From positions 38,688,001-38,752,000 of the forward strand of contig OZ024754.1 of NCBI GenBank assembly GCA_964016885.1: DNA of 64,000 nt, in the 5' to 3' direction. The notes below the pieces were generated by a model that did no database searches, was not told where the DNA came from, and saw only the letters and a list, made by a program, of their open reading frames with translations. Of the stretch, positions 12,240 to 25,760 are shown piece after piece. Numbering within the stretch: position 1 is the stretch's first letter; each line of letters begins with the position of its first letter. The position numbers were made by a program, and so were the translations under genes. This DNA is from Eledone cirrhosa (lineage: Eukaryota).

Positions 12240-14480
12240 CACAGATGTTTGGCGCCAGATCATCTTGGGGCGTTGAGGGATTTGATTTCTGGATTTTTTC
12301 TTTAAATTATGAAATTATATTCATTAAAGTCATCGTCTTCACACCAACTCTCTAGTAATTTTCTTATGAAGGCGTACCAATACAGGACCTGGTTAACGTT
12401 TGTTTTGTTAACGGGGTATCCTATCAGATCGCGAAGGCAATTAAAGTCATGTATAAGAACACTTCATGTCTTGTAATGATGCCAGAAGCTGCCACGTTTT
12501 GAGACACATGAGGCAACCAAAGTGATCTAATGACCACTACAGTCAGTTGCATTTATCAATACATCGTTCCAACTTTTGTTGACGGGTTTCAGGTCTCTGT
12601 CGATTGTCGGGTACCAGTTCATCTTGGGTCGTCTTCTTCCGAATACAGAACCTCATTTGGGAATCGTGTGAGATAAATGGACAGACAGATAGATTAAACT
12701 TAAAACTCTCACGTTGTGAGGCATATAATTAAACGATAGTTTTGTTTAATTACTGTCGCCCCTCCCCGAAGTAATGTATTTCTAATGTAATACAACACCT
12801 TCCACCTATTTCAATATGAGTGTTTTTGAAAGTGTCGAAAAAAATTAGATTAGAATAATTCTGAGAAGCTACCACGACTTGAGCCAGATCATCTTGGGAC
12901 GTACTCTTCCCGTAGTGGTGGGGATAGCAATACAGGATTTGATTAGCATGTCTCATTTGGGAGTTGTCTGAGATAAATGGACATTATATGTTTAGTTCCC
13001 TCCATGATGTCACCAATAACTTAATAAACAAGAGTTTAGTTTAACTATTGACACCCGTCATATTTCAATATATATATTTGGGGTTAGTTACATCTATCAA
13101 TATATCATTCAAACTTTTGTTGAGAGATTTCAGGTCTCCGTCGATTATCTGGTGCCAGATCATCTTGGGACGTCCTCTTCGTTTCTTTCCATAGGAGTGG
13201 GTAAAAATACAGGACCTGATTAACATGTCTTTCACTTGGGAGTCATCTGAGAGATTCACGGACAGGCAGGCATACAAATAGATTAGACTTAGAAACTCCC
13301 ACATCTTGAGACACATGAAGGCAACCAAAGTGCACCATGGTCAGTTGCATCCATCAATACATCGTTCCAACTTCTGTTTTGTTGACGGGTTTCAGGTCCC
13401 TGTTGATTGTCTGTCGCCAGTTCATCTTGGGACACACTCTTCGTTTCTTTTCATATGAAGGGGTATCAATACAGAACCTTTAGGTCGTCCTCTTCGTCTC
13501 TTTTCACAGGAGTGGGTATCAATGTAGGACCTGATTCATCTGATTCGCACTTGAGAGTCGTGTGAGATAGATAGACAGACAAATAGATATAGTTTCTTTT
13601 TTAGACACTTCATCTACATTCTTGGGAGGAGGGTACCAATACAGATTTACACGGAACAGACCCTTTGGATTTCCCCATCTCTCTCTTCTTAACTTTTAAG
13701 CATGCTTTCCAACCTGTAGAAAAAATAAACGTTAAAACCTTGGATTTTTACCATTTTTACGAAGGTAAAGTCGAGCTTTATTTTATTTCCACTTTGTATT
13801 TTTATTTCCCTTTGGATTATCATGTCTCTCGCTTCGGAGTCGTGTGAGAGAGATAGACAGATAGATTAAACCTAAAACTCCCACGTCGTGAGACATAAAC
13901 GATAGTTTTGTTTAGCTATTGCAACCCTTCTCCCTTGTTAATGTATTTCTAATATAATGCAACACCTCCCTACATATTTCAGTTTTTATATATATAATAG
14001 AAAGAAAACGAGCTAGTTTCGTTTACATATGAAAAATATTTATTGCGTATCGACCTGTTACGCGCGTTTCACAGAGGATTGGCTCAAGGTGACCCATAGG
14101 AGTTATGGACCCGACTCCAATATCGATCTGCTCATCTGATTGGTGATGTGACAAAAGATTTATACACTTTATTTCACGTTGCTCCTTCTGTCTGGATTTG
14201 CGACCGACAGATAGTATTAGCAATTGGAAACATTGTTTCCTCGGTCCGATTTGACGAGCTCTACCCCACTCGTTAAACGAATGAAGTCTTGGATCCTGTC
14301 GATATATATATATATATATATATGCATGTGTGTGTGATGCACACAATTTAATGAAATAAAGTTTAGCATAGACTTTTTTTTTGTCTGGCACGAGTTCATC
14401 TTGGGACATCCTCTTCGCCTCTTTCCATAGGAGGGGGGTACCAATACAGATTTTAAAAGAACAGACCCTTTGGGTCCTAC
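12240..14480 (-). repeat. Mosaic of duplicated modules containing a degenerate RTE LINE 3' piece
   Basis: catcttggg-containing module recurs at ~12261, 12620, 12890, 13161, 13423 and 14398; best copy reads GKKRRGRPKMIWHQIIDGDLKSL on the minus strand. Confidence 0.65.
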
Positions 14481-16182
14481 TCTCTCTTGACCAAGCCAGC
14501 GAGGTTATTTACATCAACAGAAATATGGTAAATACAACTTTAATAATACTTTTACAAACACATCTTAACAAAAAACGTCACACGATTCATTTGTGTTTAT
14601 TTATTTATTCCTAGTGTATTTTCATATAATTTCGGTGTAAATTATAATAAATTAGTAACATACTCGCTTTGTGATATCGTCGTTTGTTTTATATACTTCA
14701 TTTCCTGTGTGATCAAGGGACCAACATATCATCATGATAATGCAAACTGATACTTACTTGCACACACGCAATCTCTGGTCACACTGTGTGTGTATATATA
14801 TATATATATTTCATTTCCTATGTGATCATCATCTTAATTAACACTGATACTTACTTGTACACACGCAATCTCTTGTCACACTGTATCAGGCACATCAAAT
14901 TTCTCTAGCCTACACTCACACAATAGTGACAACAACACTCAGCAATCTACAAGTGAGCACATACGCAACAAATGAATCAACACCACAACACAACCAACCA
15001 TTCGACTCGCTATATACATACATATATATCAATAAAAAAATCCGAGGTCATATTCATTTGGTTTTGGTTTATTAAAATCCGCAACTTCACAACCGACATA
15101 TCATTATGTGGTCCGCACACCCTTGTTTAATTGACAACGTCCGTATTTAAATATATATATTTATGTATATAATATAAGACAAAACTGGAAGAATTTGATG
15201 AAGTTTAACATTTTTTATTGATAACGTATTTTCATAATTTTTCTTATTTCTTTTTTGTTACAGATGTCCAGCCTTCTCGGTCATATGCTGCGTTGTTGTC
15301 CGTAACCACTGAGGGAATGTTTTTACAAGTCGAAGTTTCCTGAACTGTGGTGAAGTGTCTGTCAATAAAAGAAATGTTTACACATTATTTACGAATTGTA
15401 TGAAAAAATATTTTGTTAATAAAAGAATCTTTACACATTATTTACGAGTTGTGATTAGTATATTTTACCAAAAAAATATTTTAAAAATTTACATATTGTA
15501 TACGAGTTGTGGTGTTACTTTGACAATGAAAAAAATTAGCCTAATATGGCTTCTAATTACTTCTCTTTGTAAAAAGAAAAATACTGAAGAGTTGCTTCCC
15601 TTAAGTTCAATCGCAGAAGGGGACCCCCCGTTAATTTTTTTTTTGATTTCTCCACTTTAGCGACATCAGTTCCTCGATACATACACTCAACCATGCATGA
15701 GTATCTGATGTCGCTAAAGTGGAGAAATCAAAAAAAATTAAAATGGCGTCCCGTTTCATATAGATTTTTTTTTTCTCCGACACTTTCAAAAGCATTCTTA
15801 GTTTCTTTTAGAAACTTCATCATTCTTAGTTTCTTTCAAGAAACTTTATCTATACTCTTAGTTTCTTTTTTTTTAGAAACTTCATATACACTGACGTTCT
15901 TTTTAGTACGTCTTACTCAGGTTCTTGTAGACTCTTGATTTCTTGATACATATTTGTCAAAATAAAATGAACACAATTCGTATATAAGATGTAAACTTTA
16001 TTCATTTTTGTCAAAATAAAATGAAAACTTGATTTTCTTTATTAACAGAAACTACGCCATTCTCACTTGTTCCGGCAAACACGGCTCTGTAAAAAGAAAT
16101 GAACATATGTTATCAATAAAAAGAATATTAAACTTGATAAAATTCATCCAATTTTGTCTTTTATTATATATACATTTAAAAA

Positions 16183-16526
16183 GAGGAAACTAAGAATGTA
16201 TATAAAGTTTCTTAAAGAAAGAAAATAAGAATGTAGATGAAGTGTATAAAGAAAGAAAGAAACTAGGAATGTAGATGAGGTGTATAAAGAAAGAAAGAAA
16301 GAAACTAAGAATGTAGATGAAGTGTATAAAGAAAGAAAGAAACTAGGAATGTAGATGAAGTGTATAAAGAAAGAAAGAAAGAAACTAGGAATGTAGATGA
16401 GGTGTATAAAGAAAGAAAGAAAGAAACTAAGAATGTAGATGAAGTGTATAAAGAAAGAAAGAAACTAGGAATGTAGATGAAGTGTATAAAGAAAGAAAGA
16501 AACTAGGAATGTAGATGAAGTGTATA

Positions 16527-16558
<32 letters not shown>

Positions 16559-19500
16559 AACTAGGAATGTAGATGAAGTGTATAAAGAAAGAAAGAAAGA
16601 AACTAGGAATGTAGATGAAGTGTATAAAGAAAGAAAGAAAGAAACTAGGAATGTAGATGAAGTGTATAAAGAAAGAAACTAGGAATGTAGATGAGGTGTA
16701 TAAAGAAAGAAAGAAAGAAACTAGGAATGTAGATGAAGTGTATAAAGAAAGAAGGAAAGAAACTAGGAATGTAGATGAAGTGTATAAAGAAAGAAAGAAA
16801 GAAACTAGGAATGTAGATGAAGTGTATAAAGAAAGAAGGAAAGAAACTAGGAATGTAGATGAGGTGTATAAAGAAAGAAAGAAAGAAAGAAACTAAGAAT
16901 GTAGATGAAGTGTATAAAGAAAGAAAGAAAGAAACTAGGAATGTAGATGAAGTGTATAAAGAAAGAAACTAGGAATGTAGATGAGGTGTATAAAGAAAGA
17001 AAGAAAGAAACTAGGAATGTAGATGAAGTGTATAAAGAAAGAAACTAGGAATGTAGATGAGGTGTATAAAGAAAGAAAGAAAGAAACTAGGAATGTAGAT
17101 GAAGTGTATAAAGAAAGAAGGAAAGAAACTAGGAATGTAGATGAAGTGTATAAAGAAAGAAAGAAAGAAACTAGGAATGTAGATGAAGTGTATAAAGAAA
17201 GAAGGAAAGAAACTAGGAATGTAGATGAGGTGTATAAAGAAAGAAAGAAAGAAAGAAACTAAGAATGTAGATGAAGTGTATAAAGAAAGAAAGAAAGAAA
17301 CTAGGAATGTAGATGAAGTGTATAAAGAAAGAAACTAGGAATGTAGATGAGGTGTATAAAGAAAGAAAGAAAGAAACTAGGAATGTAGATGAAGTGTATA
17401 AAGAAAGAAACTAGGAATGTAGATGAGGTGTATAAAGAAAGAAAGAAAGAAACTAGGAATGTAGATGAAGTGTATAAAGAAAGAAAGAAAGAAACTAGGA
17501 ATGTAGATGAAGTGTATAAAGAATTAAACTAGGAATGTAGATGAGGTGTATAAAGAAAGAAAGAAAGAAACTAAGAATGTAGATGAAGTGTATAAAGAAA
17601 GAAAGAAAGAAACTAGGAATGTAGATGAAGTGTATAAAGAAAGAAACTAGGAATGTAGATGAGGTGTATAAAGAAAGAAAGAAAGAAACTAAGAATGTAG
17701 ATGAAGTGTATAAAGAAAGAAAGAAAGAAACTAGGAATGTAGATGAAGTGTATAAAGAAAGAAACTAGGAATGTAGATGAGGTGTATAAAGAAAGAAAGA
17801 AAGAAACTAGGAATGTAGATGAAGTGTATAAAGAAAGAAACTAGGAATGTAGATGAGGTGTATAAAGAAAGAAAGAAAGAAACTAGGAATGTAGATGAAG
17901 TGTATAAAGAAAGAAAGAAAGAAACTAGGAATGTAGATGAAGTGTATAAAGAAAGAAACTAGGAATGTAGATGAGGTGTATAAAGAAAGAAAGAAAGAAA
18001 CTAGGAATGTAGATGAAGTGTATAAAGAAAGAAACTAGGAATGTAGATGAGGTGTATAAAGAAAGAAAGAAAGAAACTAGGAATGTAGATGAAGTGTATA
18101 AAGAAAGAAAGAAAGAAACTAGGAATGTAGATGAAGTGTATAAAGAAAGAAACTAGGAATGTAGGTGAGGTGTATAAAGAAAGAAAGAAAGAAACTAGGA
18201 ATGTAGATGAAGTGTATAAAGAAAGAAACTAGGAATGTAGATGAGGTGTATAAAGAAAGAAAGAAAGAAACTAGGAATGTAGATGAAGTGTATAAAGAAA
18301 GAAACTAGGAATGTAGATGAGGTGTATAAAGAAAGAAAGAAAGAAACTAGGAATGTAGATGAAGTGTATAAAGAAAGAAAGAAAGAAACTAGGAATGCAG
18401 ATGAAGTGTATAAAGAAAGAAACTAGGAATGTAGATGAGGTGTATAAAGAAAGAAAGAAAGAAACTAAGAATGTAGATGAAGTGTATAAAGAAAGAAAGA
18501 AAGAAACTAGGAATGTAGATGAAGTGTATAAAGAAAGAAACTAGGAATGTAGATGAGGTGTATAAAGAAAGAAAGAAAGAAACTAAGAATGTAGATGAAG
18601 TGTATAAAGAAAGAAAGAAAGAAACTAGGAATGTAGATGAAGTGTATAAAGAAAGAAACTAGGAATGTAGATGAGGTGTATAAAGAAAGAAAGAAAGAAA
18701 CTAGGAATGTAGATGAAGTGTATAAAGAAAGAAACTAGGAATGTAGATGAGGTGTATAAAGAAAGAAAGAAAGAAACTAGGAATGTAGATGAAGTGTATA
18801 AAGAAAGAAAGAAAGAAACTAGGAATGTAGATGAAGTGTATAAAGAAAGAAACTAGGAATGTAGATGAGGTGTATAAAGAAAGAAAGAAAGAAACTAGGA
18901 ATGTAGATGAAGTGTATAAAGAAAGAAAGAAAGAAACTAGGAATGTAGATGAAGTGTATAAAGAAAGAAACTAGGAATGTAGATGAAGTGTATAAAGAAA
19001 GAAAGAAAGAAACTAGGAATGTAGATGAAGTGTATAAAGAAAGAAACTAGGAATGTAGATGAGGTGTATAAAGAAAGAAAGAAAGAAACTAGGAATGTAG
19101 ATGAAGTGTATAAAGAAAGAAACTAGGAATGTAGATGAGGTGTATAAAGAAAGAAAGAAAGAAACTAGGAATGTAGATGAAGTGTATAAAGAAAGAAAGA
19201 AACTAGGAATGTAGATGAAGTGTATAAAGAAAGAAACTAGGAATGTAGATGAGGTGTATAAAGAAAGAAAGAAAGAAACTAAGAATGTAGATGAAGTGTA
19301 TAAAGAAAGAAAGAAAGAAACTAGGAATGTAGATGAAGTGTATAAAGAAAGAAACTAGGAATGTAGATGAGGTGTATAAAGAAAGAAAGAAAGAAACTAA
19401 GAATGTAGATGAAGTGTATAAAGAAAGAAAGAAAGAAACTAGGAATGTAGATGAAGTGTATAAAGAAAGAAACTAGGAATGTAGATGAGGTGTATAAAGA

Positions 19501-20760
19501 AAGAAAGAAAGAAACTAGGAATGTAGATGAAGTGTATAAAGAAAGAAACTAGGAATGTAGATGAGGTGTATAAAGAAAGAAAGAAAGAAACTAGGAATGT
19601 AGATGAAGTGTATAAAGAAAGAAAGAAAGAAACTAGGAATGTAGATGAAGTGTATAAAGAAAGAAAGAAAGAAACTAAGAATGTAGATGAAGTGTATAAA
19701 GAAAGAAAGAAACTAGGAATGTAGATGAAGTGTATAAAGAAAGAAGGAAAGAAACTAGGAATGTAGATGAGGTGTATAAAGAAAGAAAGAAAGAAACTAA
19801 GAATGTAGATGAAGTGTATAAAGAAAGAAAGAAAGAAACTAGGAATGTAGATGAAGTGTATAAAGAAAGAAACTAGGAATGTAGATGAGGTGTATAAAGA
19901 AAGAAAGAAAGAAACTAGTAATGTAGATGAAGTGTATAAAGAAAGAAAGAAAGAAACTAGGAATGTAGATGAAGTGTATAAAGAAAGAAAGAAAGAAACT
20001 AAGAATGTAGATGAAGTGTATAAAGAAAGAAAGAAAGAAACTAGGAATGTAGATGAAGTGTATAAAGAAAGAAGGAAAGAAACTAGGAATGTAGATGAGG
20101 TGTATAAAGAAAGAAAGAAAGAAACTAAGAATGTAGATGAAGTGTATAAAGAAAGAAAGAAAGAAACTAGGAATGTAGATGAAGTGTATAAAGAAAGATG
20201 GAAAGAAACTAGGAATGTAGATGAGGTGTATAAAGAAAGAAAGAAAGAAACTAAGAATGTAGATGAAGTGTATAAAGAAAGAAAGAAAGAAACTAGGAAT
20301 GTAGATGAAGTGTATAGAGAAAGAAGGAAAGAAACTAGGAATGTAGATGAAGTGTATAAAGAAAAAGAAAGAAACTAAGAATGTAGATGAAGTGTATAAA
20401 GAAAGAAAGAAAGAAACTAGGAATGTAGATGAAGTGTATAAAGAAAGAAAGAAAGAAACTAGGAATGTAGATGAAGTGTATAAAGAAAAAGAAAGAAACT
20501 AAGAATGTAGATGAAGTGTATAAAGAAAGAAAGAAAGAAACTAAGAATGTAGATGAAGTGTAGAAAGAAAGAAAGAAAGAAACTAAGAATGTAGATGAAG
20601 TGTATAAAGAAAGAAAGAAAGAAACTAAGAATGTAGATGAAGTGTAGAAAGAAAGAAACTAGGAATGTAGATGAAGTGTATAAAGAAAGAAAGAAAGAAA
20701 CTAAGAATGTAGATGAAGTGTAGAAAGAAAGAAACTAGGAATGTAGATGAAGTACATAAA
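16183..20760. repeat. 4.6-kb purine-rich satellite, unit 31-43 bp with variable (GAAA)n
   Basis: Unit (gaaa)n-cta[g/a]gaatgtagatga[a/g]gtgtataaa; 31/35/39-bp variants in alternating patterns. Confidence 0.97.
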
Positions 20761-23149
20761 GAAGATTGTAAATGGTTATTTGTTACATAGATTAAAAGTT
20801 AAAGCGATATCGATCTGGTTAATATTTGATTACGATGTTGATATCTAAAAAAAAACAACTAAGAATATAGATGAAGTTTCTAAAAGAAACTCCATCTACA
20901 TTCTTAGTTGTTTTTTAGGAATGTCAATGACGAAAAAAGAAACTAAGAATGTAAATGAAGTGTTGAAAAGGAACAAAGAAAGTAAATGAGGTTTCGTAAG
21001 AAGAAACTAACAATGTAGATGGTTCTATGTTACGGAGGTTAAAGTGATGTCGATCTAATTAACACTGACCAACAGTTAATCTTTGATTACGATGATGATA
21101 TCTAAAAAAAATTCGTTCAAAACTTAAGTAGTCGGGCTTTACGATTATGAGTTCGATACTCAGACCGGACTTTGCGTTGTGTTCTTGAGCAAGACACTTT
21201 ATTTCACGTTGCTCCAAATCACACAGTAGAAATTAGTTGGACAACAAAATGTTTCTTTCTACGTACAAGAGAACACATGTGTACGAGAAATGAAGCTGCC
21301 ATGCTTCATTGGGTGTGAAAGAAATAAAAGATAATAAAAATGTAGCTATATGTAGAGGTTTCTTAGAAGGAAGGGTATATTCCTGTATAAAGAAGGTTTA
21401 CATATTTTTCTTAGTAGACAGTATATAGCTTTATATGTATGTCTCTAAATAGAGAAGATAGTAAACCGTATTTTTGTGTCTCAAGAATATCTGCTAGTGT
21501 TGACAAGGTTTACTATGTATTCAATAATGAAAGATCTACAGAATGATGTTTATAGAGAGAAATTTGAGTTATATTTCTTAGAAAGTATGTATAGAGTGTC
21601 GAGATGGCTTAGTTTAGTTTCTTAGAAGAGGTAACACTATTTGTACGTGTAGTTTTATTTATTTATTTAAAAGAAAGCATGTGTCGAGTGGGTGAAGATG
21701 TTCCAGAAAGCCACATAAAATACCTCTTCACATGAACACAATATCCAAAGTGTGACAGTTATTGACATAAAGTGTGTATTTAATAAATTGTAAGATAAGT
21801 CGAGTATAGAGCAAAGAAAACATTACATACCTCCATACATAAGGAAAGCAATATCCAAAATGAATTTTTTTCAAAGAACCGGAAGTCAATCGAAAAAGAG
21901 AAGAGTTCCATAAAGAGGAAATAACTCTAAATAAAGGGAGAGCAAAAGTGATTGCTCGCGCGGTCCAGGGCGCAGGCTAGCATATAGCCAGCCTGCAAAT
22001 AGTTCCGCCTGCCAAGCCTGCGTGCCCTCGATTCGATCTTCCGACACATAGAATGGCAATAACACTCAGTAAATTAGTCATACTTATAGGTAAAATTTTA
22101 TTTGTTTCTTTCAAAGAATATAGAAGCAGAAAGAAAGCTAGATAACATGCCTCAAAATATATTCCGTGTGTTACCTTACTCACATTCCGTTTCTATATAT
22201 AAATTAATTTAAAAACTACTAGTATTTAGTAGATATATGCTGAACAATTAATATGTAAGTTGAAAAATTAGTATATATATATAAAGTTTGTTCTAAGTTT
22301 ATCATCAGGTTTCCTTGTTGTTAAGTGTCTCAGAGTACAAGACTCTCCCTTGATAGGATGCTGGTCTATTGCAAGATTAACTCCCTAACTACTGAGTGTA
22401 CTGGAACAACATGAAATAAAGTTTTTTTCTTTTACACTTAAGTTTGTTGGTTGCTAACAACACAGAAAGAAGTATACAGCAGATTTCTTCCAGAGAAAGC
22501 TTTTAACAAAGTCCCCTGTTCCATTATCTGGAGTAAGAGAGACAGGCGAGGTTTAATTGGCCGTAGGAGATCCAAGAAGTTTATGATCTTAAACTGCTTA
22601 TTTCGCCATCTGACCTAGCTGTAGAGGACCAGGGTTTAACTGGCCCTAGAAAAGCCTACAAGCAAACCACGCCCTAAAGCCATTACTTTCATCCTCTAAC
22701 CTGGCATTGACCAGGATTTAGTTGGCCGTAAGGAAGTATACACCCCAAAACTGCTTCTTTCACCCTCTCACATTGTCTAGGGATTAGCTGGCCATAGGAG
22801 ATCCTTAAAACTACTTTTTTTGCTTGCTAACAAACCATCGACCTCATTTTATCTGACCATAGGCAATTATATGAGATGTATATGCCTTAAAACTGTCTCT
22901 TTCACCTGCTAACTTGGTATTCACTGAGGTTAAGTGGAGAAATAAAAAGAAAAATGGCATCCCGTTTCATATAGATTTTTTTTTCTGCACTTTCAAAAAC
23001 ATTCTTAGTTTCTTTATTTAGAAACTTCATACACACTTACGTTCTTTTTAGTACGTCTTACTCAGTTTCTTGTAGACTCTTGATTTCTTGATTAATTTTT
23101 TTCAAAATAAAATGAACACAATTTGTATATAATATGTAAACTTTCTTTA

Positions 23150-23760
23150 TTCAAGATGGTAACATATGTGTTACAAACAGAGCTGTGTCTACTGTTATGC
23201 CCAGTGGAAACATTCTGACTCCCCAAGAAGACCAGGCAAAGCAGGTCCACTGGGAAGCTCATGATCTCATTCTTCAACAGCAAGGATATTATCTATATCC
23301 AGTGGGTTCCCCACAGTTAACAAAGAGTACGATGTAAAGGTTTTGAGACAGTTCAGGAAGAGATTTCATCACAAGAGACCAGAACTCTTCAGTGGCACCT
23401 GCATCAGGACAATGCCCCCTCCATATATCCATTCTGGTGACCAACTACTCGGTTGATATGGGGATCAAAACTGTCCCTTATCCTTCCTACAGTCCAGACT
23501 TAGTCTATGTGACTTCTGGATGTTCCTGAAACTGAAGGAGAAGCTCAGGGATGTCCGCTTTGAGGATGTGGAGATGAAGGAGGCTGTGACAAGCGCCCTG
23601 GACACCTTAACTTTAGAGGACTACAAGGGGGCCTTCCATAAGTAGCCGAAGTGCTACAACAAGTGCGTTGAATTTGGAGGATCCTACTTTGAGGGAGATA
23701 GAGTTTTGTGTTGATCTGAGTTAAATAAATGTCTCTCTGATAAGTCTCAAAATCTCTTGA
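23150..23760 (+). mobile_element. Mariner transposase pseudogene fragment
   Basis: Degenerate ..WKHSDSP.., TVNKEY, HLHQDNAP (caggacaatgcc ~23405), PSYSPDL..CDFWMFLKLK (~23480-23540) motifs of mariner DD34D transposases. Confidence 0.85.
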
Positions 23761-23981
23761 GTGTATCTTGTATATACAATAACCACCTGACCCTTGATAA
23801 TGAAGAAAAATCAGAACAAAATTGTAATATGATTTTTTTAAATATTTTGAATTAAAATTTATTGATCATTACTTTTTTTTTTTTTACTTAAAACAGAATA
23901 TTTGTAAAACATTTGTAAAAGATTTGTAAAACATACATTATTAAAAATTGTTTAATGATGGGCCTCTTCTGATTTCAGATT

Positions 23982-24029
23982 TCACAGGCTTTCTTTCATG
24001 TTGTTTTTGAAAATAATAGCTCCAAGGCG
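23982..24029 (-). CDS. C2orf73: C2orf73-like protein, exon 4 (terminal)
   Basis: ttcttatctcacatttag|RLGAIIFKNNMKESL*; completes the GK-RHGAFV-like motif; AATAAA on minus strand at 23858-23863. Confidence 0.7.
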   Translation of the reverse strand, partial: RLGAIIFKNNMKESL

Positions 24030-24139
24030 CTAAATGTGAGATAAGAAATGGCCCAAATTAAATAATCCACAGTTATATAGTACTGACATATATCTAACTG
24101 AAAACTGTATTAAAGAAATTTATTTTTAGCTGACTTCCT

Positions 24140-24352
24140 TTAACCCTTTAGCATTTAAACTGGCTGTAACTGGCCAGAATTCTCTCACCTTTTTCACTTC
24201 AAACTGGCTGTAACCGGCCACTCATACTGACATTAAGGTATTATTCTCAAAATAAATAATATCAAAATGTCATAGATTTGATATTATGTGAAGTAAAGCC
24301 TTTACTGTGAAAATACAATAGTATATATATAATGTAAATGCTAAAGGGTTAA
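24140..24352 (-). mobile_element. piggyBac-type MITE (~210 bp, TTAA target, TIR ccctttagcattta)
   Basis: ttaaccctttagcattt...aaatgctaaagggttaa; other copies at 35299-35514, 35511-35680, 39905-40090, 52130-54264 and 61706-61934. Confidence 0.85.
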
Positions 24353-24489
24353 AAGAATGGGTCTATCTATGAAGTATTATATCATCATGTTGCAGGTTGA
24401 ACAATTCTTGCCACTCGTCATGGTCACAGCAAAGAACAGATAATGTTGTGTAGCTCAAGGTCTCTACATCATACTAAAGAGGTTTTCTA

Positions 24490-25005
24490 CATCAAGACTA
24501 ACATATCATACCATCAAGACTATCATATCATACTATCAAGTCATACCATCAAGACTATCATATCATACCATCAAGACTATCATATCATACCATCAAGACT
24601 AACATATCATACCATCAAGACTATCAAGTCATACCATCAAGACTATCAAGTCATACCATCAAGACTATCATATCATATACCATCAAGACTATCATATCAT
24701 ACCATCAAGACTATCATATCATACCATCAAGACTAACATATCATACCATCAAGACTATCAAGTCATACCATCAAGACTATCAAGTCATACCATCAAGACT
24801 ATCAAGTCATACCATCAAGACTAACATATCATACCATCAAGACTATCAAGTCATACCATCAAGACTATCATATCATACCATCAAGACTAACATATCATAC
24901 CATCAAGACTATCATATCATACCATCAAGACTATCATATCATACCATCAAGACTAACATATCATACCATCAAGACTATCAAGTCATACCATCAAGACTAA
25001 CATAT
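24490..25005. repeat. 22-bp minisatellite (with 17-bp variants)
   Basis: Unit atcaagacta[t/a]catatcatacc. Confidence 0.93.
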
Positions 25006-25532
25006 CTCCAACATCCTGTCTTGCAATGCAGAACACCTCACGTCTCTGATCCTCCCACCACAGAACATTGGCAAACCTCCTACTCTCAGCTTCCCTGTAT
25101 GCTATGTATACCTGACGTCTAGCCTCTCTTTTAGCAGCTGGCTACTGGTCTCTACTCTCCCCATTTTCCCAATCCTTCCATGCTTGCCTTTTGTCTTTAA
25201 TGGCTCTATCTACCATGCTATTTCACCTCCAAGTCACCCTGTCTGGTTGGAGCTTTGCTCCAGCCACAAGTCTCTTCAGTTGCGTGCAGTAGGTTGTCAC
25301 ATAAGAACTTCCAGTTATCTTCTATATCATACAATTCTAGTTCTTCATCTCTTTCATCATACACATCATGTAGGACTTTCCTAAACCTATATTTAAGTGA
25401 AAGGTTCTTTAGCTTCTATACCTTCCTGTGTGTCTCATTCTGTCTCTTGCTTATTATAATATATCCAAACAGAACATTCATACTATACGTTTATACAGCA
25501 GAGTGTAGCAATTGATAGCTATAGTAACTCAC

Positions 25533-25642
25533 CTTCCCACGAATGGGATAGCCGTTCTCTGTACGACAATCATAGCAATGTTCAAAGGAGATTTTTTCTT
25601 TTAAATCCTCTATGTGTTTGTTCCATGGAAATTTTGGTTTTT
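25533..25642 (-). CDS. C2orf73: C2orf73-like protein, exon 3
   Basis: ccatttcag|KKPKFPWNKHIEDLKEKISFEHCYDCRTENGYPIRGK|gtgagt; resembles human C2orf73 [22 protein letters not shown] (recalled). Confidence 0.85.
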
Positions 25643-25760
25643 CTGAAATGGCAATACTTTTGGTTATGAAACATAGCGCCATCATTTTTTTTTGTTTGTA
25701 AGGAGAAAAGGTATTGCTAGTTGAATAACCCCCCGATATATTATTAGCATAATCTACATT

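Noticed and set aside
16657-20378. KETRNVDEVYKER repeat ORFs
   Set aside because: Satellite units with frequent frame-breaking length variants
22440-22527. Possible alternative minus-strand terminal exon for C2orf73-like (IMEQGTLLKAF...*)
   Set aside because: No family similarity; the 23982-24029 exon completes the conserved GKRxGA motif
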